Assembly (NCBI GenBank): GCA_012295275.1
Contig: CM022672.1
Location: 11,284,001 to 11,348,000, forward strand
Length of the DNA: 64,000 bases
Source of the DNA: Chrysomallon squamiferum
Taxonomy: Eukaryota; Animalia; Mollusca
Reading direction: 5' to 3'
In this document: in pieces, positions 1 through 12,706 of the stretch
How the letters are laid out: each line of letters starts with the position of its first letter
How positions within the stretch are numbered: the first letter of the stretch is position 1
Translations under genes and position numbers: made by a program
Notes under the pieces: model-generated
Databases searched by the model: none
Told to the model about the DNA's origin: nothing
What the model saw: the letters and a program-made list of their open reading frames with translations, nothing else

Positions 1-520
1 TTGATTTTTCAATGATTATGGTAGGTACGGGTTCACTGTGTCATTGTTGTTTTGTTTATTCATTGTCTACGTAAACAAAAGATACAATAATTATACAACA
101 ATGAGATAAGAAATTTTTGTTTAAGTTTAACCACATCATAAAGTCCACGATCTATAAATCACCAGAAATTAACAAATTTTGTCCGATTATTGCTTCGACA
201 AGGCATGGCGGCCATTTTGATTTTGTACATGTATGCACAGCGATACAAAATAATGTATAATCAAAGCATGAAATAATGTTATCATTATATAAATATGCAT
301 TTAGGTGTATCATCCATTTATACATGTAATATATGTAAAATTACAAACCTCAGGTGGCATAATATCACTGAATCCGTCCATTTGCATGGGAGGCAGTTCA
401 TCTACAAATTGCATTTATTTTCACACTTGCAGAAGTTACGGTTTATATAAATGTTGTTCTTAACAAACTTATGGAAAAGGATTAAAAATTACACAAATTC
501 AAATTATTAAAATAACGTAA

Positions 521-568
<48 letters not shown>

Positions 569-975
569 TTTCACTTTTCAGTTGAACTAAAAGTTTTAAT
601 TTCGGTTACTTCAGTGCTGGAGAGGTGGAATAATCTTGAAAAGTTTTGTAATGAACAGACAACTAAACCACCTTTCTTATCGTTCCTAGGTTTCTGGCTG
701 GTTGAATGTTACACCGATTATCACACCTTTTTTTTTATTTATTAAACATTTTACCTTCACTTTAGGTTTTAGATCATCGATAGTTATTTCAGAAGTAAGG
801 AAGTTATTTATAATATTGTTACTATGTATAAATTAAACTGAAATATGTTTCAAAATAATAATAATAATAAACAGTATACTATACAGTATACTCTATAGTA
901 TATAATCATATACATACTTTCATCCGTCAATTGATACATACATGCAAACATTCATTACGTATACAATGATATACA

Positions 976-1007
<32 letters not shown>

Positions 1008-1144
1008 CATGATTTTATTTCATGATTTGGTTACAGGAGGTACCATGTCTCAGTTGTATGTTATTTCACAAATACTGCGAAGAAATTATAATTCAAGATT
1101 CGTTATTTCGTTTCGGAATATTTTTCGACAACGGATTTCATTAG

Positions 1145-1197
1145 TTTCCGGTCTTATTTTATTTTGGTGAGACACTGGTTTTGGCTCGAAACACGTG
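1145..1197 (+). promoter_or_regulatory. NHP2 proximal promoter/5'UTR motifs: ETS-like TTTCCGGT and E-box CACGTG
   Basis: TTTCCGGT at 1145-1152 and CACGTG at 1192-1197, 13 nt before the ATG. Motif match only. Confidence 0.45.
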
Positions 1198-1210
1198 GGA
1201 ATAAAAACTA

Positions 1211-2675
1211 ATGGGTAAAATGAAAAAAGATAAAAGAAAATCAGAGGGTGGCGATGACACAGAGAAAGAAGACACCTGGGAACAAAAATCAAAGTACTTG
1301 TGTGCTATAGCACAACCACTTGCACCGAGAAAATTAACTAAGCGGTTATATAAAACTATTAAAAAAGGTAGGTACTCAGTAGAACGTTGTTTAATTAATG
1401 TTCATTTCATTGAAAATAGGTCAAAATCTGCTATCTGCTCCAATATAGTATTGAAAGTAAACCTTTTATACAATTTTGAAAAAATTATAGCATATTATAT
1501 ATTTAAAGTCTTTTTGGTTGGTTTTCAGCGGGGAAACAGAATCAGTTACGGAAAGGTGTTCGAGAAGTACAAAAATATGTCCGAAAAGGTGAAAAAGGGT
1601 AAGAACAATTTTTAAAATAATTATAATCATAATGCATATCAATTTATAAAACACACATCTCATACTAATTTGAGTACTAATATTTATAATTGGGTAATTG
1701 TATACATTAATTTATTCACATAATTTTGTCATTTACAAAATTTCTCAATTAAAATTAACATTTTTTATTCTATTTATTTATTTATATTTTTTGCATTGTT
1801 AAAACTACTTGAAGTAAAAACAAAATTTAAATTATCTGATAAATTGAAAGTAATTAAACTTCCATAAATTCAGTTTTTGGGTTTTTTTTAAAACAGTTTT
1901 GTTAACTGGTATACAAACTAATTAGGAATATAATATACATATATGCATGCACAGATCTATATATATGCGTGCACACACACACACACATTAATTAAATAAT
2001 TTCTATTACAGACTGATTGTTATAGCTGGAGATGTTAGTCCTGTGGAAGTAATATGTCATATGCCACTTGTATGTGAGGAGGCCAACATTCCTTATTGCT
2101 ATGTTCCTTCTAAAGATGTAAGATTGTCAGTGTTCCTAGTTATCAATTGATCTTTTCCCAACTAGTTTATTGCAAGGAATAAATGATGGTAGAATAATTT
2201 ATTTTAAAAACAAAAATACTTTTTCTCTTTGTTAGGTATATTTTAATGAAGTACAAAAGACACAAAATTTACTAAATTATAATATATCTTTTTTATTCCT
2301 GTAATAAATTGGACAGTATCTATGAAACATTTCACTGAAAATTTTATATCTATAAACAATTATTGTTGTGATATTAGTATCATTATTCCAGTTCGAGTAG
2401 GAACTTGAATAACTGGAATTCAAAATAAGTTTGTCAGTAATGAAGTTTGTTATAAAGTGTGTGGTTTTCACATATGTATTTTATTCAAGGCTATATTCAT
2501 GAATTATATATTCTTTATTATTTTTATTAATTTTATTTTTATTTTTCAGGATTTGGGCTCTGCTTGTGGATCTAAACGTCAGACATGTATGGTTCTTGTG
2601 AAAGCTCATGAAGATTATAAAGAAATCTATGACGAAGCAGTCGATGAAGTGAAATCTCTTCCAGTACCTTACTGA
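1211..2675 (+). CDS. NHP2: H/ACA ribonucleoprotein complex subunit 2 (L7Ae family), 4 exons, 152 aa
   Basis: Exons 1211-1367, 1529-1598, 2012-2117, 2550-2675, all GT-AG, 459 nt in frame. Translation includes [120 protein letters not shown], the recognisable NHP2 sequence. Confidence 0.97.
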
Positions 2676-2988
2676 TGACAGGCTGTTTCTGATTATTCCT
2701 TTCAGAAATATAAACTTGTAAACAATTACTGTGTTTTTAATGGCAGATCAAGCTGTGATTTTTCACCACTATAAGAAAAAGTGATATCATTTCATCTTCT
2801 GTGCTTTACAGAGGATATCTATATGTGTATAGTTTTTATTATTTCTTAACTGAAACATGCACACTTGTAACAAAGAAGTTGAAAGTACATAACTGGAGTC
2901 GAAGTCTTGGAGGATGGCTTAGAATCACCCACTTTTAGTGGTTGTAGGAAACACAGCCAAAGTTACATTATGTAAATATTTTCTTTTC

Positions 2989-2994
2989 AATAAA
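2989..2994 (+). terminator. Probable NHP2 polyadenylation signal
   Basis: AATAAA about 315 nt after the stop, followed by a T/GT-rich tract (ttacttttggtattgtt). Confidence 0.55.
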
Positions 2995-4303
2995 CATTGA
3001 CAAATAATTGAAATTACTTTTGGTATTGTTAATTTCTGATATATATATATATATATAAAAAACAAATGTACCGTACACTGTTCTAAGATAGGGAAATTCT
3101 GTTTATCATAAATTTATGGAAACAACATTCATACATGTTGAGTTTCAGAAATGAAAAAAGACCTCTGTTGGTCATGTTTCAGCTCACACATTGATCTTGG
3201 GTTGAAAACTGTTTTTAAGTAATTTTGTGAAATGACACACTAGATGTAACAAAATTATCCAGATATCTCTGTAGCTAAAGAAATAAAATTACAGCTCTGA
3301 TTTAAGGGGAAAATGTGGGAATATTACTGTTTTAAGATACAATTTGATAACTACTTGTAATATAGGATCAGTTAATACATATGTAAATGTTTCGGTTACT
3401 AAACACACAAAAAAAAAAACAAGAAAAAAACCCAGCCGCAATTTAACTGTTCTTATTGTTTTGTTTTTGCTCCATATCTAAATATTTTTTTGTTGGAAGC
3501 ATTTAAAATACTATCTGAACACGTACAGTAGATCAGTAGATCAGTAGATACTGACAAATCTTGTAAAGACAAATGTATGGCATCTGTAGTTTCAACATTT
3601 TAATAATAATTTTATATTTTATTTTTCCGTTTTAACATGCCTTTGATGTTGGGCAGTCATCACACATCTTTCTTCTTTTTGAAACCTTTCACTTCATCAA
3701 AGGAAATAAAGTATATATATATATTTAATTTTGACTTGTATGTTCGTGATGTTTGAACAAAAGGGATATAACAATAAAGTCTTTGTGAATCAATTTTGAA
3801 TGAAAAAAAAAATCACTAATTTAAATAATACTTAAATATTATACAGTAAAAAAAAAAAAAAAAATTAAAAAAAAGAAAAGTAATGAAGAGTTTTTCTCTT
3901 TTTTTAAATGTTAACCCCCCCCCCCAAAAAAACGTGGGAAACAAATGGATGGTCCGAAAAATACAACACCTCTCATTTTGGCTTTTCACCCGAAATAGAC
4001 CAGTATCTGTCCGGATAAATAATTTGCGCACTCTATTTTTGTATATATTTACCAAGTTTATGAAGTATTACAAATTCAGATATTCAATATTTTCTGAAAA
4101 CCACCAAATTATCTATTTACTGATTTAGTAATTTAAATAAACATTATTAACACCAACTACTCCTATATTACAGTTGTCAATACCGGACTGGTACTTTCAG
4201 GATTAATTATTACAACTTAATTAACGGAGGCGTAATGTAAAATTAAAATTTTCTTTTTCAGTCATTTTAATTTAACAACATAAATAAATATGTTTAAAAG
4301 TGT

Positions 4304-4349
<46 letters not shown>

Positions 4350-4498
4350 CCAAAAACTGCAGGAACGAATTTTCTAACAGGCATATCTTTTGGCTGAACA
4401 TCAAGAAGTATTTTTTCTTCTGGATTATTTGAATTAATCGATACTTTCTTTCTAATGTTTTTCTTAATTCTGAAATGTTTATTTTCAAAAGGCAATAA

Positions 4499-6267
4499 TT
4501 GGACTATAATTATACCTCACATCAGAAGCCAATAGGTTTGTGTGATACACTGAAACTGAATTCAGAACAATCGATATCCAATGTATCATTTGGATATCAA
4601 AAACCCAGACAAGTGTTCAGTGATGATCAGGAAGCTATGATTGTGATGTATCTGAAGAACGTATCATCCATATATTTCGGACTTAGTCCTCGAGAAGTAC
4701 GTATACTGGCGTATGATTGCGCCAAAAAATTCAACATAAAAATGCCACCATCCTGGAGTGCTATGAAAATGGCAGAGAGTGACTGGTTCACTGCATTTTT
4801 AAAGCGCAATCCAATGTTGTCATTGAGAACACCATATGCAACGAGCATTGCGAGGGTAACTTCTTTCAACAAAACCAATGTGTCTCAGTTTTTCGAAAAA
4901 CTCGCTGAGGTGATGGACAAATATGATTTGGAATGTAGATGAGACAGCAATCGTCACAGCGGTGAAGCCAAACAAAGGTGTTAAACAAGTGAGATCTTTG
5001 ACATCGGCGGAGAGAGAAAAACTTGTCACTTGTGCAGCAGTTTCGGCAAGTGGTCAAAATATTCCACCATTCCTTATCTTTCCACGTGTGAACTTCAAAG
5101 AACATTTTTTGAATGGTGCACCAGCTGGTTCAAAGGGAACTACCCATCAATCAGGCTGGATGACAGCAGATAATTTCGTCGTGTTCCTAGAGCATTTCGT
5201 TAAAAATGTGAAGCCTTAAAAGGATAAACCTGTGCTCTTGTTGGTGGACAATCACGACTCTTATCTGTCCATAGCAGCACTTGATTATGCCAAAGAAGGT
5301 GGCATCGTAATGTTGTCGTTTCCACCCCATTGTTCTCACCATTTAAAGCCGTTAGACCTTTCAGTCTTCGGACCTCTGAAATCATGGCTGTCATAGTCTC
5401 AAAGTAATTGGCTTCGTAACCATCCAGGAAAACTATCTATGACATAGCAAATATCTTGTGTAGACTCTGGAAAGATCCATTGACCATGTCTAACATATGT
5501 AATGGCTTCAGAAAAGCTGGAATATTTCCATTCAACAGCGAAATATTCACCAAATGATGATTTTATGCCTGCAGACGTGACCGACCGACCAATGGAATGC
5601 GAAGCTCCATTTGACCCAGCCGATTCATCCGATAGAGATCGTTCAGACGACGGTAAAAGTGCATCATCTCCAACATCAGAAGATACGAGAGATTCAATGA
5701 ATGATTGCCATTCTACGCCTTCTGAATCTGCCAACTCTGCTACACCGTCTACATCTGCTAACCTTTCTACACCTTCTACATCTGCTAACGAGAGTCAACC
5801 ATTCTCACCAGAATCAATAAAGCCACACCCAAAAGCTCCAAAGCGTAAATCTGTAACTGGAAAAGGAAAACGCAGAAAAACTCGTATTCTTACCGATACA
5901 CCGGATAAGGAAGCCCTCGGGGAAGAGCAACAGCGTAAACTGAACCAAAAACAGCAAAAGAAGCCGCAGAAAACAACAGCAAAGAAGCCGCAGAAAACAA
6001 CAGCAAAGAAACCAATAAAAAAGTTAACGAAAAACAATACCAAATCAAACAGTAAATCAGCCTGCGGACAAACCGAAACAGGTTCAGACAGCGACGAAAA
6101 TTTCTGCCTGGTTTGTGTTGAGCCGCTTTCCAACAGCAGTTGTAAAAGAGAAATGGATTCATTGTACTATTTGTAAAAGGTGGGAACACGAAGAATGTAC
6201 AGACGCTAATGGTATGTTTGCTTACATATACCATAACTGTAATTCTGACTGTTCTTACGATGATTAA
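4499..6267 (+). pseudogene. pogo/DDE_1 transposase pseudogene with CENP-B-type HTH and C-terminal PHD-like finger
   Basis: GYQKPRQVFSDDQE...FGLSPREVRILAY...WFTAFLKRNPMLSLRTP (HTH); catalytic IWNVDET, LLLVDNHDSY, FPPHCSHHLKPLDLSVFGPLK; C-terminal CLVC...WIHCTICKRWEHEEC. In-frame stops at 5217-5219 and 5394-5396, frameshifts near 4930, 5435-5500 and 6148. Confidence 0.92.
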
Positions 6268-6682
6268 AGAATATTTTATTTGACGGATGCGCCTACAGCT
6301 CATGTAAAGGAAGTTATGAATTCATTTAATACTACCACAAATAGATCCTATATCGAAAACTGAATCGAGAAGGTCGATATATTTTAATATTATTTTAGTT
6401 TCATGGAATCAGTAAATAATTGAATAAGTAAATGGCTTTTTTCTTTCTTCGGGCGAACTTGCTCCAATCGGGGGGGGGGGGCGAAATTCGCCCATTTGGA
6501 CATGGTGACTTTGAGATGAAATTACTCGTATACACCTGGCAGTAGAACTCTTTAATGTATGCCATAAATTAGCCAAATCTATTGTTTTTAATCTGGTACA
6601 GTTCGCGGAAACGTAGCATTAACAGTTATGGATATATGCTGGTTTTATTAAAAATGGGGCGAACTAGCTCCGCTCTCCCCTA
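4499..6682 (+). mobile_element. Decayed pogo-superfamily (DD35D, Fot-like) DNA transposon, 5'-truncated, right TIR retained
   Basis: Transposase pseudogene 4499-6267. Right end GGGGCGAACTAGCTCCGCTCTCCCC|TA (6656-6682) ends on a TA target site, with a subterminal copy GGGCGAACTTGCTCC at 6451-6465. No matching left TIR found. Confidence 0.88.
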
Positions 6683-8049
6683 ATGATAATGATAATGATA
6701 ATGATAACATTGATGATGGTGATACATCATGATTATGGTAGTAAATTCCGATACTATTATATAATTTCATATTAATTTACAGTAGTAAAGAGACTTCACA
6801 TTTTAAGGTCACTGAATTTTAATTCACAGTTGTGACTCATTGTGTAGGTCTCTGAAATTTGCTATCCTGTATTCATACTGAAAAGAGAAACTAAAGTTAG
6901 TTGCTTGTTTCGCAATGAATCTGCATCGCTGTTATAGGACGTTTTAATCTTTTTCTTTGAATTTCTGGCCACCTGAAAAATGTGACCATGTTCAAATAAA
7001 ACCAGGAAACTACATATAAAATGTATTTAAAAAAAAAAAAAAATTAAAAAAATTAAAATAAGATCCAAAATAATAAAAAAGAAGAAGAAGAAGAAAGATT
7101 GAAAGAAGCATAACGGATATTAGCATAAAATCGTGATGAATAATAATATACACACGAGAATGATATTTTTTTTTTTTTTTCAAAAATTATTTTATCCTGA
7201 GGTTCAATGTTCTGCAGTTGTCAAAAGAAACTAACATAAGATTAGGTTTTTGTACTGTTTGATTTAAAGCTTATAATAAAATTAGAATCTCAGAAAATTT
7301 ATATATTAATAAGATGAAATTTTTCAGTGAAAATGCACGATACATAACATATAAAATATACTTTATAATTTTACATTTAACAAATTTTCCATACTTCTGA
7401 ATTTTTACGTTTCTGGACGTTGATAGGACGTCTAAAACAATAAAATAATAACGTCGAAATAAAAATAATTTTATAAGACCATTTATTTGTACCGCCAGTG
7501 GATATACATACATTAAGAAACCATAAATATAGTAAAATTAAGTATCTGATTTTGCTGACGAATTAAAATGTATAATTATAATCACATAAATGCTCCACAT
7601 TATGAAAAACTATTGCCCGTAATATATAAATATATTAGAAAAAAATATTTAAAATTTAAATTTACTTTTGAAAAACTATATCAATTTGAAAAAATCGGTA
7701 GATATCAGTTTGCTTTAAAAAAAAGAAGAAAAAAAACAAACGAAAAAAAAACAACGCAGAACATGAAATGAAGATTTACACAGGGGCGTGATGGACAATA
7801 GTACATACGAGAATTAAAATCGTCATATACGACAAGTTTACTGAGTAAACACAGTTAATTTATTCATGGTAATGAGAAGTGAATATTTTAATAGTCAAAA
7901 CGATCCGAAATGGAAAGGAATATCGTTAAAACGTGACATTTGACTCGAAACTCCAAGTCAGTTTCTTGAAGTCATCGTTTCTGTTAAGCAGATGTTAAAA
8001 TGATAATTTGATTCTGTGACACGTCCTGTCATATGGTATTCTATTTTTT

Positions 8050-8098
8050 TTACGAGTTCAGTGTTCTCTGGTACCAGAAGAAACTAAATCAAGGTAAG
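8050..8098 (+). other. Candidate upstream (probably non-coding) exon of the SLC23 gene
   Basis: Strong tandem donors AAG|GTAAG|GTAAGT at 8094/8099, about 1 kb upstream of the acceptor preceding the first identified coding exon. 5' boundary approximate. Confidence 0.45.
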
Positions 8099-9113
8099 GT
8101 AAGTTTATAAACGTTTTTTGAAAGGCTTACAATATCATGGATTTATAATATACCATCTTAACGCTCTTTGTAGATATTTTGGTTATATGGATGCAGTATA
8201 TAAGCTAGACCAACAGTATCAAAATTGTGTGTTTTCGACTTACTAGGGTTTGTGGTATAAGCAGTTAACATATATACGTAAAAAAATGTTTAAATGGGAA
8301 GAAAGATATCGCGATTTCGTCTAGTTTGATAAGTTACAAGGAATTCGTTTCGTCTTTTCAAAATCCTTGATTAGTATTAAAATAACTATTTAATATTTTA
8401 CTTTTATAGACTGTTGACAAACCCTCATTAAATAATCCCCCAAAACAAAAAAAGACAACACAAACGCAAATACAAAGACATTTATACTACAAATGACCCA
8501 AGCATAAAAAAATAAATTATTACCTATCTTTAAATTTGCTCAATAAACCTTATGTTTTGAAGGAAAAGGAATATATATACTTGTCATTTTTATATTAATG
8601 ACGATGATTGTTTGTTACCGTTATCAAATTTCTGTCCACTCACAGTAATTTGATTAGTTTCACGAATCATTTAATTCTCAGAATGTTTCGCTGGCTTGGC
8701 ATATATCTAGTTATAACATTAATTTCCATCTGTTCCGTGTAAAAGTATGAAATATGAAAAAGGAACTGAACTTCTGTCACTCATACCGATTAGCAGTTTG
8801 AAATTTTTGTATATTCTTTCACTTGCTAGCACCGCTTAGAACGAGAAGCAGTTTAAGATGAACACGGGTTAGGATTTACCATTTCATCTCTGTATCCTTG
8901 AGGGTAATGCTGTAGTACTACTAATAAAAAATAATTATAATTTTACCCCCCCCCCCAAAAAAAAAAAAACCCCAACCAACCCAGTTCTTCAACTTTCCTG
9001 ATTTTTCTATTTTTATTTGACTCGGTATTCAAGAATTTTTATTCAAAGGGTTAAATTTTTCACGATGCCTTCTTGCTATAATGTATTTCAGCAGACAAGA
9101 CTCAAACCACGAG

Positions 9114-9453
9114 ATGGATCCCTCATCTAGTCTGCTGGATAAGAAAGCCGAGAGTGACAAAACTCATGAAGTGATTGTTACAGAAAAGTCGGAAAACAAA
9201 ATTCTTTACTACACGGTTACCCAAAATCCTCCCATTCCGTTGACAGTTGCTGTAGCTTTCCAGGTAATAAATAGCTTTACGTGAACCTTAGTTACATATC
9301 TGATATATTCATATGTGGGTATGAAGATTTTTGGATGTGTATGTGAGTAATTATAATGTAAGTGTGTATCCACTTACACTGATATGTATGTATTTATGTA
9401 TGTATATATGTATTATGTCTATCTGTCTAGCTGTGTGTGTGTGTGTTTTCTGA

Positions 9454-9493
<40 letters not shown>

Positions 9494-9540
9494 ATGCATA
9501 TACGTACCTAATATGTATGTTTGTGTGTACATATTATGTA

Positions 9541-9575
<35 letters not shown>

Positions 9576-9925
9576 TCATTTTTTGTTTTCATCTGAAGCA
9601 TATTCTGATGGCTCTTGCAGCATGCCTCGCTACATCGTTCATCATCTCGGACGTTGTATGTGCTGCAGTGGACAGTCCAGTTCGTAATATGCTTTTTTCT
9701 ACCACACTGTTCATGACAGGACTGTCTACCGTATTTCAAACATACCTGGGAGTCAGGTAACAGTGTTATTAATATGGAATGTATATGTATATGTGTGTAT
9801 ATATGTCCAAATATGTGTATGTGTATGTGTAAGCGTATAAGGTTAAGCATATGTATACGCATATGAATATGTATATGTATATATATGTATTTGTGTATGT
9901 ATATGTTTATTTACATAAATAAATA

Positions 9926-9965
<40 letters not shown>

Positions 9966-10482
9966 GGTATAGGTAAGTTAATGTCCGTATTATACTGTAT
10001 ATACTTGGTTTAAGATCAGCAATATTTCACATAAGACTTCTCTCTTTTAATACAAAAAACACGTGAATAACGATCATGTGTCTGACATTATACAGATTGA
10101 ACATTTTTGCTTTTTGTATAGAAATATGAAGAGGATGTTTAGGTTAACTTTTGTTTCAGATTACCTGTGTTTCAAGGTCCATCATCGTCATTTCTTGTTC
10201 CACTTCTCGCCCTCAAAGCAGAACCAGCGTGGACATGTCCTGCAGCTAAAGGTATCATCTCCGTTCATGGCAAGAACAGCTGTTTTAAAACCTTGCATTG
10301 TCAGAGTAACTGACAGAAATCATGTTTTATTTAACTTAACGAGAGCTTAATTCAATAACAGACAAAATAACGAAACAAACATAAAACATTCCAGCTTTCA
10401 AGTTTTTTCTTTTGTTTTATTCTTCTTCTTCTTCTTATTAATATTATTGTTATTATTATTGTTATTGTTGTTGTTGTTGTTA

Positions 10483-10529
<47 letters not shown>

Positions 10530-11093
10530 TTTTAATGCCATGAAAATTGATGGAATATAAATTATAATATGCGGGATAAATCTTTTTTCTTTCTTTCTCC
10601 CCCAATCCCGAGTGATCAGTAAATCACTAACTTACACAATTCTTCCATCCATTGAAAACTAAAGTATGTCTGTCTCGAGTTCACTATATAGAAGACGGCA
10701 TTACCTACCTAATATTATTGTCTTAGAATGTCATATAAATAATACTGCAGTTTTACATATACACAGTTAAGACTGGTTAGTACCGATCTTAGTACCTAGT
10801 AAACGTCAAGACAACAGCTTAAACACTTACTGTTCTGAATGAAGTTCATATAATAATACGTTGACCATTATTTCTTAAATCATACATACTAAAATTGTTT
10901 CTAGTAGACAGTCGTCTGTAGGACAGTGGTTTGTTTTGTTGACTCAGTAGAACTTCCCTACCATGTCTTTGTTAATTCAGAAATGTTTGGTTTCAGAAAC
11001 TGAAAACGCGACATTCAGTCTCATGCCAGAAACCAATTCAACAATGGCTGTTTTCAGATATACAGAGACAGAAAAACTACAAATGGTGAGTAT

Positions 11094-11146
<53 letters not shown>

Positions 11147-11886
11147 AACAATAACAGCAAAGAAAATAACAACAACAATAATAATTACAGTAATAGCGAT
11201 AATGATGATACAATTACAACAACTACTACTACTCTTAATAATGATGGTGATGATAATAATGACGACGATGACGTCGACAATAATTTGATCTGTCTTTCTA
11301 TCTTATCAAATTCTTGTTATAGTGCATAACGATCCCTCTTTTATAATTATTATTTTCTTTCTTCAGCTTTCTTTCGTCTGCTGTTGTTGTTACTATTGTT
11401 GTTGTCGTTGTTATTAGTATTGATGCTGTTGGTGGTGTTAATATTATTGCTGTTATTGTTGTTGTTGTTGATTGTTTTCCTTCTTCAGCTGTCTGGCAGT
11501 TTGATGGTTGCTTCACTGTTCGAGGTGGTTGTTGGTTTCACGGGAATGGTTGGTCCACTGCTTCGACTAATCGGGCCGCTCACAGTGGCTCCTACCATCT
11601 CCCTGATAGGAATTTCTCTGTACCAGGTCGCCATCTTGTACGCTCGGTGTCAGTGGGCAATATCCCTGGCGTGAGTTTACAGTTACTATGGTTATAATTA
11701 ATGCTACGAATAAAATACATAAAAAATGACTGTCAAACATAATGTGTGTGCGTATGTAAGATACTTAGCGCTTTATTCTTGCATTATAAAAATTATGTTT
11801 ACGACGTATTTTTTTTAAATTATGTGCTTTTTTTCTAATCAAAATTTTCAAATCCGTTTGTATTTTTAATCTGGACATTCCTTAAA

Positions 11887-11937
<51 letters not shown>

Positions 11938-12653
11938 GTAGTAGAAGTAGTAGTAGTAGAAGTAGTAGTGGTAGTAATAATAATAATAATAATAATTAGC
12001 TGAATGAACTGAAGAAATAACGAAAAGCGATATTTATTTATTCCTATTATGTTGTTTACTATTCTAGGGGGACAATTCTTGTTCTGGTATTTTCTCTCTA
12101 TATTTATCGCGTGACCATTCCCATACCAAGTTTGAGGCGTGGTCCCGACGGGCAAAGGAAAATCAACCGACTTCCGCTTTTCCAGTTACTTCCGGTAAGA
12201 CTTAACAATATGACTCTATTGCTTTGAAGTTTATAAGGATTCATTTTAATTACGAAACAGTAACAGTAAAATTAATACAACAGTTATCACAGATTTTCTT
12301 TATTATTAAAGGTAAATCTATAAAATCTGTTAAATTTACTTTTTATTCACTAAGGTTAGTTTATTAGTACGAATAAATAGCCTAAATATGTTTTTCCTCG
12401 TTCCGTCTGTTTGTTCTGCACATCAGATTTTCTTAATAATAAAACATAGCAATATTAATACAAGTATGAGATTTTCTTGGAAGCATGCATTTTTCTTTGT
12501 TTCATTATGTCATTTTTTTATGCAGAGATATAGAAAGAAAAAAGTACACAAACCAATATTTACTCTGTGGATTTTTGTTTATATATTTACCTTTCTCTGA
12601 ACGATATGGCGTTGCGAATCAAAGGAAAACGACAACTTTCGTGATCGTATTGC

Positions 12654-12706
<53 letters not shown>

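Noticed and set aside
582-745. Possible + strand exon (ELKVLISVTSVLERWNNLEKFCNE...) after tttcAG
   Set aside because: No recognisable homology or partner exons.
2385-2420. Small hairpin attccagtt-cgagt-agga-acttg-aat-aactggaat in NHP2 intron 3
   Set aside because: Too short for a pre-miRNA; resembles a MITE remnant.
2672-2710. CTGATGA at the NHP2 stop as hammerhead core or C/D box
   Set aside because: It is the TGA-TGA tandem stop; no stem II closed by GAAA, and C-to-D spacing too short.
5399-6303. Minus-strand ORFs overlapping the transposase
   Set aside because: Antisense shadows of the transposase linker.
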